Of a DNA stretch of 64,000 bases, positions 45,280 through 57,046 are shown piece by piece. Where the stretch lies: the NCBI GenBank assembly GCA_963728315.1, contig CAVSKA010000018.1:311421-375420 (forward strand), read 5' to 3'. Numbering within the stretch: the first letter of the stretch is position 1; each line of letters starts with the position of its first letter. The position numbers and the translations under genes are program-made. The DNA comes from an uncultured Bacillales bacterium. GTDB lineage: Bacteria > Bacillota > Bacilli > Bacillales > CAVSKA01. The notes under the pieces are model-generated. The model was given only the letters and a program-made list of their open reading frames with translations, searched no databases and had not been told where the DNA came from.

Positions 45280-45954
45280 ATGACTACAAATAATATTGCG
45301 AAAATGATTGACCATACATTATTAAAACCAGAAGCGACAAAAGAACAAGTAAGAGTAATTTGTGAGGAAGCTCGTGAACACCATTTTGCTTCAGTTTGTG
45401 TAAATCCAACTTGGGTAGCGTATTCTGCAGAATTACTTGCAGGTAGCGATGTGAAAGTATGTACTGTAATCGGATTTCCATTAGGTGCAAGTACGCCTGA
45501 AACAAAAGCATTTGAAACAAAAAATGCAATTGATAATGGAGCTGCAGAGGTGGATATGGTTATCAATATTGGTGCTTTAAAAAGTGGAGATCTAGAATTA
45601 GTAGAACGCGACATAAATGCTGTAACAGCAGCAGCTAAAGGTAAAGCGTTGTCGAAAGTGATTATCGAAACTTGTTTATTAACAGATGAAGAAAAAGTAA
45701 CAGCTTGTGAACTTTCTGTTAAAGCAGGCGCTGACTTTGTAAAAACTTCAACAGGTTTCTCAACGGGCGGAGCTACTCCGATCGACGTTGCTCTTATGAG
45801 AAAGACAGTAGGACCAGACCTTGGGGTTAAAGCTTCAGGTGGAGTAAGAAGTGCGGAGGACGCTCAAAAAATGATGGATGCAGGGGCTACTCGTTTGGGT
45901 GCAAGCTCAGGAGTTAAGATCGTTCAAGGGTTAACTGCGGATAGCGATTATTAA
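45280..45954 (+). CDS. deoC: deoxyribose-phosphate aldolase
   Basis: 224 aa. Contains [11 protein letters not shown] and FVKTSTGF, the Schiff-base lysine context. Confidence 0.93.
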   Translation: MTTNNIAKMIDHTLLKPEATKEQVRVICEEAREHHFASVCVNPTWVAYSAELLAGSDVKVCTVIGFPLGASTPETKAFETKNAIDNGAAEVDMVINIGALKSGDLELVERDINAVTAAAKGKALSKVIIETCLLTDEEKVTACELSVKAGADFVKTSTGFSTGGATPIDVALMRKTVGPDLGVKASGGVRSAEDAQKMMDAGATRLGASSGVKIVQGLTADSDY

Positions 45955-45992
45955 TTTCAATCATAAGTCTTACTTTTCAATTTGAAATGTGG

Positions 45993-46021
45993 TTGACCTC
46001 AATACCTCCTTATATTATACT
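45993..46021 (+). promoter_or_regulatory. sigma-A type promoter upstream of rpsU
   Basis: TTGACC (45993-45998), 17-nt spacer, TATACT (46016-46021). Confidence 0.55.
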
Positions 46022-46164
46022 TGTAGTGTACATGGTAAAACCATGTTGATTGGATGAAACCCACATTCGGGTCTTATCGAGAAATCGTGCTTTCCTAATT
46101 AGTGATTGCTCAATTTCTCATTTGAACATGTAGACGTAATGTGTTCGGAGGGAGGGAAAAAGAG

Positions 46165-46338
46165 ATGTCAAAAACAGTTGTTCGTAAAAACGAATCGCTT
46201 GAGGATGCTCTTCGCCGCTTCAAACGTACAGTTTCTAAAACAGGAACTTTGCAAGAATATAGAAAGCGCGAATTTTATGAAAAACCAAGCGAAAAACGCA
46301 AGAAAAAGTCAGAAGCTGCAAGAAAACGCAAGTTCTAA
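46165..46338 (+). CDS. rpsU: 30S ribosomal protein S21
   Basis: ORF 46141..46338 with ATG 46165 after GGAGGGAGGG. Begins [21 protein letters not shown]. Confidence 0.95.
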   Translation: MSKTVVRKNESLEDALRRFKRTVSKTGTLQEYRKREFYEKPSEKRKKKSEAARKRKF

Positions 46339-46353
46339 GGAGGACGAAGTATA

Positions 46354-46800
46354 ATGGGTCTTCTTGAGCGTTTAAACGATGATTTAAAACAAGCGATGAG
46401 AAATAAGGAGAAGGAAAAACTTTCTGTTATTCGTATGCTTAAAGCTTCATTGCAAAATGAAACGATTAAGCTGGGTCGATCAGATCTAACGAATGATGAG
46501 GAGTTAACGATCCTCTCTCGCGAAGTAAAGCAACGGAAAGACTCCCTCCGTGAATTTGAGAATGCTGATCGTCAAGATCTTGCAGACAAAATTCATAGTG
46601 AACTTGCTATTATTGACGAGTATTTACCTCAACAACTCTCTGAAGATGAACTTTCTTTACTTGTAAAAAAAGCAGTCGAACAGACGAATTCTTCTTCAAA
46701 AGCTGACATGGGTAAAGTAATGGCTGTTTTGATCCCTCAAACGAAGGGGAAAGCAGACGGCGCTCTAGTAAGTAAGCTTGTTCAACAACACTTATCATAG
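46354..46800 (+). CDS. yqeY: GatB/YqeY domain protein
   Basis: 148 aa beginning [20 protein letters not shown]. Confidence 0.9.
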   Translation: MGLLERLNDDLKQAMRNKEKEKLSVIRMLKASLQNETIKLGRSDLTNDEELTILSREVKQRKDSLREFENADRQDLADKIHSELAIIDEYLPQQLSEDELSLLVKKAVEQTNSSSKADMGKVMAVLIPQTKGKADGALVSKLVQQHLS

Positions 46801-46801
46801 T

Positions 46802-46841
46802 AAAAAAACCGGTAAATGGATTTTCCATAGCCGGTTTTTTT
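46802..46841 (+). terminator. intrinsic terminator after yqeY
   Basis: aaaaaaccggtaaatgga-tttt-ccatagccggttttttt. Confidence 0.8.
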
Positions 46842-46894
46842 CGTCTTTTCAAGAAGCTCATTTCGTAAGCTTTGTTCCTATTTGTTGTTTGGCT

Positions 46895-47025
46895 AGAATC
46901 GGCTCGCATTCCGTGGATGAACCACCAATCTACTCCCTCGAGGGAACTGAAAAAGTTCTAGTGGAACGTCAATGCGAGTACAAGCCGTAGGTTTCCGTTC
47001 GAGGCAGACGCTTTCCGCGATAACT
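46895..47025. repeat. GC-rich intergenic repeat, rearranged copy
   Basis: Contains the palindrome tccctcgaggga (compare actcccgaggga at 59995-60006) and gctttccgcg (47010-47019), the complement of the cgcggaaagc module. Confidence 0.6.
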
Positions 47026-47197
47026 ACTTTAAAGAGGATATGAAGACTTTTACGAAAAATAACAATCCATGCGAAAACAGCCTTTTAAAAAAAATTTATC
47101 ATTATTTTTCTGAAATTTTAGATAATAATTGGTAAAGATGAAACTTTTTGAGATAATGAACGTATAGAAAAGATAAACAGAAACAGGGGGTGGTGGA

Positions 47198-47878
47198 TTG
47201 ATAGATGTCTTGGGAACCATGAAATATTCGTTTGATCAATTAATTGCATTTTTAACAGATCCTATTATTACAACTTTATTGTTGATTGTTGCCTGTGTAG
47301 GCCTGATCTCATCATTATTTGTTCCGAAATTAGGATTGCCTGGGATAGCTGGACTTGTATGTTTATGTTTATTTTATTTCTCTCATTATTTTTCAGGAAC
47401 AGCGGGTATCCTCTCTTTTCTTTTTTTATTAGTTGGGATTTTACTGATCTTAGCTGAACTCGTTCTTCCCGGTGCAATCGCAGGCACATTGGGGCTTATT
47501 TCCCTCGCATTAAGCGTTATGGTAGCTGGAACATCTTTAATCCAAATGGGTATCTCTGTAATCATTGCCCTTCTAATAGGGGGAGTAACCATGATACTGA
47601 TGATAAAGGTGATGGGTAAACAAATGAAATTTTTTAAAAAAATGATTTTATCAGACTCAACAAGCACGGAAAAGGGATACGTTTCAAATGTGAATCGTGT
47701 AGAATTAATTGGAAAAATTGGAATTGCTTTAACTACATTACGACCATCCGGCATGATTAAGATTGATGAAGAAAGGGTCGATGCTGTAACAGAGGGGGGA
47801 TATATACAACAAGGAAAGCAAGTGAAAGTATTAAAAGTTGAAGGATCTAGAATTATTGTTCGCGAATTCGAATCTTAA
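47198..47878 (+). CDS. nfeD: NfeD-family membrane protein, short form lacking the ClpP-like protease domain
   Basis: 226 aa (TTG 47198, alternative ATG 47219). Several TM helices plus a C-terminal OB-like NfeD domain (IGKIGIALTTLRPSGMIKIDEERVDAVTEGGYIQQGKQVKVLKVEGSRIIV). Immediately upstream of floA. Confidence 0.8.
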   Translation: MIDVLGTMKYSFDQLIAFLTDPIITTLLLIVACVGLISSLFVPKLGLPGIAGLVCLCLFYFSHYFSGTAGILSFLFLLVGILLILAELVLPGAIAGTLGLISLALSVMVAGTSLIQMGISVIIALLIGGVTMILMIKVMGKQMKFFKKMILSDSTSTEKGYVSNVNRVELIGKIGIALTTLRPSGMIKIDEERVDAVTEGGYIQQGKQVKVLKVEGSRIIVREFES

Positions 47879-47903
47879 AAATGTGGAAAAAGGGGGATTT
47901 TAA

Positions 47904-48908
47904 GTGATATTAGGAGTCAATGCCATATTAATGATTGTTTTAATTGTAGTCGCAATTATTGTCATTTCCATTTTGCTAACGATCGTTCCGGTTATGCTTT
48001 GGGTTTCAGCTCTAGCTGCTGGAGTTAGGATTAGTATATTTACTTTGATCGGTATGAGATTGAGACGTGTTACGCCAAGTCGAGTCGTTAATCCACTCAT
48101 TAAAGCGTCTAAAGCGGGAATTGACGTTACGACTAATCAACTCGAAAGCCATTATTTAGCTGGTGGGAATGTTGATAGAGTTGTCAATGCGCTGATTGCT
48201 GCTCATAGAGCTAATATTGAATTGACATTTGAGCGGGCTGCTGCCATTGATCTTGCAGGTAGAAATGTACTTGAGGCCGTTCAAATGAGTGTCAATCCAA
48301 AAGTGATTGAAACGCCTTTTATCGCAGGTGTTGCGATGAATGGAATTGAAGTGAAAGCAAAAGCAAGAATCACTGTACGTGCAAATATCGAACGTTTAGT
48401 CGGTGGTGCAGGTGAAGAAACTGTTTTAGCGCGAGTAGGAGAAGGGATTGTCAGTACGATCGGTTCGAGTGAAGACCATAAACAAGTTTTAGAAAATCCA
48501 GATCGAATCTCTCAGACAGTGTTAACAAAAGGTCTCGATTCAGGAACAGCTTTTGAAATTCTCTCAATCGATATTGCGGATGTGGACATTGGCAAAAACA
48601 TTGGTGCTGAGCTTCAAACGGAGCAAGCAGAAGCTGATAAAAAAATTGCTCAAGCGAAAGCAGAAGAACGTCGGGCAATGGCGGTTGCAAGTGAACAAGA
48701 AATGATCGCAAAAGTACAAGAAATGAGAGCAAAAGTTGTCGAAGCGGAAGCTGAAGTACCTCGGGCGATGGCTGAGGCATTAAGAAAAGGAAACATCGGT
48801 GTGATGGATTATATTAACTTAAGGAATGTAGAAGCTGATACAGATATGCGTGATAGTATCAGTCATTTAAGTAAACCACACAAAGATTCTTCATCAAATT
48901 CTGAATAA
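47904..48908 (+). CDS. floA: flotillin-like protein FloA (YqfA, SPFH-related)
   Basis: 334 aa, GTG after AAGGGGGA. Contains [47 protein letters not shown]. Confidence 0.92.
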   Translation: MILGVNAILMIVLIVVAIIVISILLTIVPVMLWVSALAAGVRISIFTLIGMRLRRVTPSRVVNPLIKASKAGIDVTTNQLESHYLAGGNVDRVVNALIAAHRANIELTFERAAAIDLAGRNVLEAVQMSVNPKVIETPFIAGVAMNGIEVKAKARITVRANIERLVGGAGEETVLARVGEGIVSTIGSSEDHKQVLENPDRISQTVLTKGLDSGTAFEILSIDIADVDIGKNIGAELQTEQAEADKKIAQAKAEERRAMAVASEQEMIAKVQEMRAKVVEAEAEVPRAMAEALRKGNIGVMDYINLRNVEADTDMRDSISHLSKPHKDSSSNSE

Positions 48909-48917
48909 GGAAGGGTT

Positions 48918-49325
48918 GTGAAGGGAATGGAATTATTAATCACTGGAGCCATCCTTTTTCTGGGAGGACTCTTGTTTTTAAAACGGAGAGGGGTCCAATT
49001 AGCGAAAGAAGTTGTTCCTTCACATGATCGTTCATTCAAAGAATTAAGAGCAAAGTATGAAGAAATAAAACACGATGTTGCAACTCTTACTGAACATAAG
49101 GAAGAAATACGTGGTCGTGCTTCTACGTTTATGAAGGAATACGAGCAGACTAATCATGTAGTAGGCCAAATAAAGGTTGAAAAAGTCGAATACACAAATA
49201 AAATTGATCAAAAGACAAGTAAACAAGCAGATTTATTTGAGATGAATCAATCTAGTCTCGTTCAAGGGGTTCTCTTTGCGGAAGTATTGGGATCGCCTAG
49301 ATCAAAGAAACGTTTAAGAAATTGA
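48918..49325 (+). CDS. yqfB: YqfB-like small membrane protein
   Basis: 135 aa with an N-terminal TM helix. Third gene of the nfeD-floA-yqfB arrangement. Confidence 0.6.
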   Translation: MKGMELLITGAILFLGGLLFLKRRGVQLAKEVVPSHDRSFKELRAKYEEIKHDVATLTEHKEEIRGRASTFMKEYEQTNHVVGQIKVEKVEYTNKIDQKTSKQADLFEMNQSSLVQGVLFAEVLGSPRSKKRLRN

Positions 49326-49327
49326 AT

Positions 49328-49377
49328 GAACCTCCTTTCTTTTTCATATAGTGAAAAAGAAAGGAGGTTCTCTTTTT
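49328..49377 (+). terminator. intrinsic terminator after yqfB, whose 3' arm contains the yqfC Shine-Dalgarno
   Basis: gaacctcctttctttttc (49328-49345) is the exact complement of gaaaaagaaaggaggttc (49353-49370). It is followed by tcttttt and then the yqfC ATG at 49378. Confidence 0.8.
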
Positions 49378-49674
49378 ATGCGACAGTTCAAAAAAAGATT
49401 TGCAAATTATATTACGCAGACATTGAGACTGCCTCAAGATGTCATGATTGATCTTCCAAGGGTTACGATGATTGGACAACTTCATCTTTATATAGAAAAC
49501 CATAAAGGTCTTCTTACTTTTAAAGAAGATGAAGTTCGTCTCTTATTACAATCAGGTCAATTATTGATTAAAGGGCATTCCTTTCTAATAAAATCCATGA
49601 TGCCTGGAGATCTCTTATTAGAAGGCATGATAATTGATATTCGATTCATTGATGGATTTGAAGGAGAAGGTTAG
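49378..49674 (+). CDS. yqfC: sporulation protein YqfC
   Basis: ORF 49351..49674 with ATG at 49378. Contains LPQDVMIDLPRVTMIGQLHLYIENHKGLL, a YabP/YqfC family feature. Confidence 0.88.
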   Translation: MRQFKKRFANYITQTLRLPQDVMIDLPRVTMIGQLHLYIENHKGLLTFKEDEVRLLLQSGQLLIKGHSFLIKSMMPGDLLLEGMIIDIRFIDGFEGEG

Positions 49675-49675
49675 A

Positions 49676-50861
49676 ATGAAAAGCTCTCAATATCGTCTCA
49701 ATGGAATTGTCAGGATAAGAATCATTGGAAAGAGTAGCGAACGATTATTAAATCAATTAGTAAAAAATGAAATATGGTTAAAAAACATAAAAAAGATAAG
49801 TGAGAACGAGGTTCATCTAGATGTTAAAGTCGTTGATGTGAAGAAACTTCGTCATATTCTTCGAGACAAGCCATACAAATTGTATTTCACGAAAAGAAGT
49901 GGCGCTGTATTTAAGTTAGCAGCAGCTTAAAAAACAAAAAGGCTTTATTGCAGGAGGACTCTTATTTTTGATGCTTCTTTTATTATTGTCTAATCTTATT
50001 TGGAGTATAAAAATTGAAGGAGCAGATCCCGCTCTAGATCAATCCATTCAAAAAGAGTTAGATCGATTAAATGTAAAAATTGGATCACCCAGTTTTAAAG
50101 TATTAAATCCAGAGCAACTTCAAAATCAGCTTCAAACTCATCTCTCAGGTGTAACTTGGATTGGAGTGAAGCTTGAGGGATCGAGTCTTACAATACAAGT
50201 TGTCCAAGAAAAAAAACCTTCAAAGCTTAAATCAAATGATCCTCGTAACATCATTGCTTCAAAAAAGGGACGGGTGGATTCTATTCTCGTTGAGAAAGGA
50301 CAGAGGGCCGTAGAGGTAAATGATGTTGTTAAAAAAGGACAAATACTCGTATCTGGTAAGATTGGTAATAAAGACAAGAAAATGAATGTTGCAGCAAAAG
50401 CGATTGTAATGGCTGAAACGTGGTATCTTTCCAATGTTGAAATTCCGTTGTCGAACAAAACGATAAGGACGACCGGCCAAATCCAACATCATTATAAACT
50501 TACTCTTTTTAATAAAAAAGTGATCTGGCCATTTTCAGTAAAAGAAATATTCAAAGAGAGATCAGTTGAGAAAACAACAACGCCATTTTACTTTCTTAGA
50601 TGGAAGTTACCTATTGTATGGGAAGATACGATTCATCGTGAAACGGAACATTTCGTTGAAAATCTAACGGAAGAGGAAGCGAGAAAGGAAGGAGAAAAAG
50701 TAGCTAAAATGGATTTGTTGAGAAATCTACCAAAAAAATCCAAAATTGAAATGGGGAAAGTTTTGCAACAGAAGAAGGAGAATGGTAAAGTTAAGTTGTC
50801 TATTTATTATCGTGTGACGGAAAATATTGCGATCGAAAATCCGATCACTCAAGGAGATTAA
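49676..50861 (+). pseudogene. yqfD: sporulation protein YqfD, split as sequenced near 49920-49928
   Basis: ORFs 49634..49930 (ATG 49676) and 49968..50861. The first frame ends FKLAAA-stop. The next frame is open from 49920 and reads QQLKKQKGFIAGGLLFLMLLLLLSNLIWSIKIEG. Combined length is about 395 aa, as in YqfD. Confidence 0.85.
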
Positions 50862-50864
50862 ACC

Positions 50865-51827
50865 ATGCCAGAAGACTTCATAATGATTGACTTAAATTTA
50901 GAAAATGTAAACGAAATAGCGGCTCTATTTGGTAGTGCTGATACTCATTTAAAAACATTAGAGCAAGAATTAAATGTCTCATTAATTACCCGAGGAGAAA
51001 CGATATTAGCCACAGGTTCAGAAGAAGAAATTGAATTGGTGAAAGACGTGTTAAAGCACCTTCTACTGATTATTAGAAAAGGAATCCAAATTGGGAACCG
51101 GGACGTTACCTATGCGATTCAGATGGCAAAAAAAGGTACGATTGAGTACTTACAAGAGATCTACACAGAAGAGATTGCCAAGAATGCAAAAGGGGCACCG
51201 ATACGTGTTAAAACGTTAGGGCAAAGACAATACGTAGACGCAATTCGAAAAAGAGATCTTGTTTTCGGAATTGGACCAGCGGGGACAGGCAAGACCTATC
51301 TAGCTGTAGTAATGGCTGTTCAGGCATTAAAAAATGGGAAAGTGAAAAAAATCATTTTAACTCGACCGGCAGTAGAGGCAGGGGAAAGTTTAGGATTTTT
51401 GCCAGGAGATTTAAAGGAGAAAGTAGATCCGTACTTAAGGCCTCTCTACGATGCTTTAAATGATGTGTTTGGTACAGAGCAGACACAACGTTTGATTGAA
51501 AGAGGAACGATCGAAATTGCGCCTCTTGCATATATGAGAGGACGAACACTCGATGATGCCTTTGTAATTCTAGACGAAGCTCAAAATACGACTACAGCAC
51601 AAATGAAAATGTTTCTTACTCGGCTTGGATTCGGATCAAAAATGATCATCACTGGAGATAAAACACAGGTAGACTTGCCGAGAGGAATGCAGTCAGGACT
51701 TGTCGCAGCAGAGTCAATTCTCTCAACCATTTCAGGCATATCTTTCTGTATTTTAGAAGAAAGTGACGTTGTCCGACATCCTTTAGTTGCAAAAGTCATA
51801 AGAGCATATGATGAATTGGAAAAGTGA
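50865..51827 (+). CDS. phoH: PhoH family ATPase
   Basis: 320 aa with P-loop GPAGTGKTYLAV and ILDEAQNTT. Confidence 0.93.
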   Translation: MPEDFIMIDLNLENVNEIAALFGSADTHLKTLEQELNVSLITRGETILATGSEEEIELVKDVLKHLLLIIRKGIQIGNRDVTYAIQMAKKGTIEYLQEIYTEEIAKNAKGAPIRVKTLGQRQYVDAIRKRDLVFGIGPAGTGKTYLAVVMAVQALKNGKVKKIILTRPAVEAGESLGFLPGDLKEKVDPYLRPLYDALNDVFGTEQTQRLIERGTIEIAPLAYMRGRTLDDAFVILDEAQNTTTAQMKMFLTRLGFGSKMIITGDKTQVDLPRGMQSGLVAAESILSTISGISFCILEESDVVRHPLVAKVIRAYDELEK

Positions 51828-51828
51828 G

Positions 51829-51858
51829 TCGAGCCATCTTTGGTTCGGCTTTTTTTTA
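51829..51858 (+). terminator. intrinsic terminator after phoH
   Basis: cgagcc-atcttt-ggttcg followed by gcttttttttt. Confidence 0.65.
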
Positions 51859-51874
51859 AGATAGAAAAGTTTGA

Positions 51875-51965
51875 ATTTTTCACCCCATTAGTTGGATTGA
51901 GTCTCCAAGCGCTCACCTGACCGTTCGGATTTTTCACAGGACCCAGAACGAGTGGCTTCCACTTT
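51875..51965. repeat. GC-rich intergenic repeat, degenerate copy
   Basis: Shares gaatttttcacc (compare 40623-40635), gaccgttcg and ggatttttcacagga (compare 40511-40530), and ggcttccac (compare 27613-27621). Confidence 0.55.
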
Positions 51966-52190
51966 TCTAGGATAATTTTTTTTCTCAAAATAGGGTATCA
52001 TGGATAAAATCCCACAGATCATTCATTAAAAATTGTAGAATAAAAACACGACCATCTAGATCATTTCTGTATACAAATTAAATTAATGATCTGAATTTTC
52101 GGAGTTCACTTACTTTTACGGGTGAAATCTGCAGAATAAACTGTTATGATTTTACATAAACACTTTATTGATGAAAATCGTTGGGAGGAG

Positions 52191-54380
52191 ATGGCAAAAC
52201 GAATGAATTCATTGATTAGTCGATTACGTGAAGGACTCTCTTATAAAGGCTTTAGCATCCTCCTCTTAATCTTACTAGGTATGATTATTTACATAATTAT
52301 TTATGGGAACATTAAACCTGAAACCTATGATGCTGAATTATTTTCAGTATCTGAAAAAACAATTCGGTCCCCGAAAACGGTCATTGATGAAAAAATGACA
52401 GAAGAAGAAAAGAAAAAAGCAGCAGATCAAGTGGAAAACGCCTATTCATTTCAAAAAGAAACTGCTAATAATCGAGTGGCTTTAACCACATCGATTTTTG
52501 ACTTTGTAAATGAAGTCAAAGCAGAATCGACCCCACATTCAACAAATGAGAATGTTACGAATGATAAAGCAACGAAAATGACCATTAATAAGCAATTAGA
52601 AAAACTGAAGCAAGTACTCTCTGAAAATGTAAATGAAGACGCGACGAATGCACTGTCTGATGAGGAACTTATGAGTTTATTGGAATCAAATGATACGGAC
52701 CTAAAATCTGCAGAAGATATCGTGGTCGCTGCCATTAATGCAAGTCTCAAACAAGAAATAAAAGATGAAGAAGTATTAAAGGAAAAAGAAAAAATCCGTG
52801 AAAAAATAGCAGATAGTCCTATTCCTTCACAGATTAAACCGGCTTGTGAATCCATAGGTAAATATGCAATTATCGCTACTGAAACGTATGACGATGTGCT
52901 TACTAAGTCAAGAAAACAGCAAGCTTCTGATAGTGTAGAGCCCGCGAAAATATTACAAGGGCAGGTCATTATCCAAGAAGGTCATTTAATTGATCGTGAA
53001 TCATACCGGCAATTGGAATTGTTGGGTTTACTTAAGACGAATCCAAGCTTAAAACCATTCATCGGACTCGGTTTGTTCATATTAATATTTATTACTTCTC
53101 TCTATTTCTTTTTTCAATCTTGGACAGAAGAACAAGCAAATAAATCAAAAGCATTAATTATTTTGTGTACCATTATCTTGATTAATTTAGTTTTAATGAA
53201 GTTAGTATCTTATATGAAAGCGCTAGATATTTACGAGGTAGGCTACTTATTTCCTGCAGCATTAGCCCCTATGTTGATTCGTTTAATCTTAAATGAGAGG
53301 CTAGCGCTGATCTCAACAATTCTTCTTTCTGCATCCGGCAGTTTGATCTTTCAGGACGGAATTAGCGGCTCCCTTGATAGTAAAATTGCTTTTTATATGC
53401 TTTTTAGTGGACTTGCAGGTATATTATTCTTATCCACTCAAAAACAGAGAAGTAGTATTCTTTGGACAGGCTTGTATATTACGATCGTGAATGCCGCCGT
53501 ACTCACTTTTCTAATGTTTTTAGGGAGTGGGCAAGAGTCAAACGGAAATTATGTATACAATGCCATGTTTGCCGTGATCTCTGGTGTGGGTGCAGCTGTC
53601 TTAACAATCGGGTTATTACCGTTTTTTGAATCTGGCTTTGGAATCTTATCAGCAATAAAATTAATTGAGCTATCTAGCCCTAATCACCCGTTACTAAAAA
53701 AAATATTAACAGAAACACCTGGTACTTATCATCATAGCGTGATGGTTGCTAATTTATCAGAGGCCGCATGTGAAGCGATAGGGGCTAATGGTCTGTTAGC
53801 AAGAGTAGGTTGTTATTACCATGATATTGGTAAAACAAAAAGACCTGCATTTTTTATCGAAAATCAAGTTAATATTAAAAACCCACATGATGAATTATCC
53901 CCTGAGACAAGTAGAGATATTATTATTGCTCATGCTGTTGATGGTGGAAAAATGATTCGAAAAAATAATTTACCAAAAGAAATTGTCGATATTGCAGAGC
54001 AACATCATGGAACAACTCTTTTAAAATTCTTTTATTATAAAGCAAAAGAAAAAGATGATACCGTAACAGAAGAAGAATATCGATATCCTGGTCCGAAGGC
54101 TCAGACAAAAGAAGTAGCCGTGATTGGTGTAGCAGATAGTGTTGAGGCGGCTGTTCGTTCTATGAATCACCCGTCAACAGAACAAATTAAAAAACTTGTG
54201 CATTCCATCGTGCAGGATCGATTACAAGATGGACAATTTAGTGAATGTGATATAACTTTAAAGGAATTAGAGATTGTAAAGAAAACGATTTGTACAACGT
54301 TAAACGGGATATTTCATTCGCGAATTGAATACCCTGATCTTAATAAATTGAAGGTGACTGACCATGCCGTTAGAAATTGA
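52191..54380 (+). CDS. pgpH: 7TM-HD membrane phosphodiesterase PgpH (YqfF, cyclic-di-AMP phosphodiesterase family)
   Basis: ORF 52146..54380; the start is uncertain (ATG 52191 or 52203). Has an extracellular domain, a 7TM block and an HD domain ([13 protein letters not shown]...YYHDIGK). Confidence 0.88.
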   Translation: MAKRMNSLISRLREGLSYKGFSILLLILLGMIIYIIIYGNIKPETYDAELFSVSEKTIRSPKTVIDEKMTEEEKKKAADQVENAYSFQKETANNRVALTTSIFDFVNEVKAESTPHSTNENVTNDKATKMTINKQLEKLKQVLSENVNEDATNALSDEELMSLLESNDTDLKSAEDIVVAAINASLKQEIKDEEVLKEKEKIREKIADSPIPSQIKPACESIGKYAIIATETYDDVLTKSRKQQASDSVEPAKILQGQVIIQEGHLIDRESYRQLELLGLLKTNPSLKPFIGLGLFILIFITSLYFFFQSWTEEQANKSKALIILCTIILINLVLMKLVSYMKALDIYEVGYLFPAALAPMLIRLILNERLALISTILLSASGSLIFQDGISGSLDSKIAFYMLFSGLAGILFLSTQKQRSSILWTGLYITIVNAAVLTFLMFLGSGQESNGNYVYNAMFAVISGVGAAVLTIGLLPFFESGFGILSAIKLIELSSPNHPLLKKILTETPGTYHHSVMVANLSEAACEAIGANGLLARVGCYYHDIGKTKRPAFFIENQVNIKNPHDELSPETSRDIIIAHAVDGGKMIRKNNLPKEIVDIAEQHHGTTLLKFFYYKAKEKDDTVTEEEYRYPGPKAQTKEVAVIGVADSVEAAVRSMNHPSTEQIKKLVHSIVQDRLQDGQFSECDITLKELEIVKKTICTTLNGIFHSRIEYPDLNKLKVTDHAVRN

Positions 54381-54837
54381 TTTTTTAGATGAGACAGATG
54401 AATTAGTTGAGGAGCAGTTTAAACTAGTTAAAGATTTACTAAATGTAGCAGCTCGAAAAGAAGGAGTAGGAGATGGAACGGAAGTTTCGATTACTTTTGT
54501 TACCAATGAACGTATTCAAGAAATCAATCGACAATATAGAGAAAAAGATCAGCCAACAGATGTCATTTCATTTGCAATGGAAGAAGACCTTGATGGAGAA
54601 ATTTCAATTTCTGGAGAAGGAATCCCACGTGTCCTAGGTGACATTATCATTTCAGTATCGATTGCCAAAGAACAAGCGAAAGAATATGAGCATTCGTTTT
54701 CTAGAGAGTTAGGTTTCTTAGCAGTACATGGATTTCTTCACCTTCTCGGCTATGATCATATGACTGATGAAGATGAAAAAACGATGTTTTCAAAGCAAGC
54801 CGAAATTCTCGATGAATTTGGACTTAAAAGGACTTAA
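54364..54837 (+). CDS. ybeY: rRNA maturation endoribonuclease YbeY
   Basis: 157 aa with [11 protein letters not shown]. Confidence 0.95.
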   Translation: MPLEIDFLDETDELVEEQFKLVKDLLNVAARKEGVGDGTEVSITFVTNERIQEINRQYREKDQPTDVISFAMEEDLDGEISISGEGIPRVLGDIIISVSIAKEQAKEYEHSFSRELGFLAVHGFLHLLGYDHMTDEDEKTMFSKQAEILDEFGLKRT

Positions 54838-54842
54838 AGAAA

Positions 54843-55205
54843 ATGAAGAGATGGCTAAAGTCGGTCTATGCAGCTTACTGTGGGATAAAGTATGGATTTC
54901 AGTCAGAGAGGCACATACGTATTCATGTATTCATCGCTATTACCATCATTATTATTTCAACCATTCTTTCTCTTTCAAAAATAGAGTGGCTGGCTGTAAT
55001 CTTTATCATATTTGGGATGATTGCACTGGAGTTTATGAATTCGGCAATAGAACGAACGGTGGATCTTGTGACGAAAGAGTGGCATCCAATCGCAAAACAA
55101 GCGAAAGATTTAGCGGCAGCTGCAGTTTTAGTTTATGCTATTATGGCTGTTATTAGTGGTCTTATTATTTTTATTCCTAAAATAATAGAGGTTTTCATCC
55201 CGTGA
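54843..55205 (+). CDS. dgkA: diacylglycerol/undecaprenol kinase DgkA
   Basis: 120 aa with three TM helices and ALEFMNSAIERTVD. Confidence 0.9.
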   Translation: MKRWLKSVYAAYCGIKYGFQSERHIRIHVFIAITIIIISTILSLSKIEWLAVIFIIFGMIALEFMNSAIERTVDLVTKEWHPIAKQAKDLAAAAVLVYAIMAVISGLIIFIPKIIEVFIP

Positions 55206-55463
55206 TCGTGTTTGATTCGATTGATTGAGATTTTGTCTTTTCACCAATTTAAATAAGCCGAGCTTGAAGAGTTAATAACCTTGTTATTTTTTATACAATG
55301 TAATTTGCTGATAAGGAAGGATTTTTCTCCGTAAATATAGTAAGATAAAAGAAGAAGACGATCACCCATTTATCGAAGTTGAATAGGTGGACACTAAAAG
55401 CAGCTTAGCTTGTTTAATTTTTAAATATTAAATGTCCCCCACTCAATAGCGTGGGGGTATTGA

Positions 55464-56809
<1,346 letters not shown>

Positions 56810-56920
56810 TCGTTTCAACAATTGGGGAAGATTAACGCTTATCTTTTAATCAATACCGGGAAACATAATGGAAACCGTTAAGTGTAGTTAGCACTCTATT
56901 CAAAGAAGGGCGGAATCTGA

Positions 56921-57046
56921 ATGTCTGACTTTACATGGGATTTCTTTAAACATACCGGAAATATTGACTTGTATCTGCTTCTTAAACAATTCGAAAAAGA
57001 GGACGGAGAAAATGCTCTAGTGGATGCAGAGGAACTCATTCAATAA
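56921..57046 (+). CDS. yqzL: YqzL-like small protein
   Basis: Not in the ORF track because it is shorter than 60 aa. The 41-aa product is MSDFTWDFFKHTGNIDLYLLLKQFEKEDGENALVDAEELIQ. It sits between era and recO, where yqzL lies in B. subtilis. Confidence 0.65.
   Translation: MSDFTWDFFKHTGNIDLYLLLKQFEKEDGENALVDAEELIQ

Noticed and set aside
46778-46990. 70-aa plus ORF, and 46610..46909 minus ORF, after yqeY
   Set aside because: They span the yqeY terminator and the repeat copy, with no RBS.
51581-51988. 135-aa minus-strand ORF overlapping the phoH end and spacer
   Set aside because: It is antisense to phoH and then runs through the terminator and a degenerate repeat (...GQVSAWRLNP... is repeat-derived).
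54767-55156. 129-aa ORF overlapping dgkA in another frame, likewise 21282..21623 in yqeM and 25507..25839 in comEC
   Set aside because: These are alternative frames of confidently identified genes.
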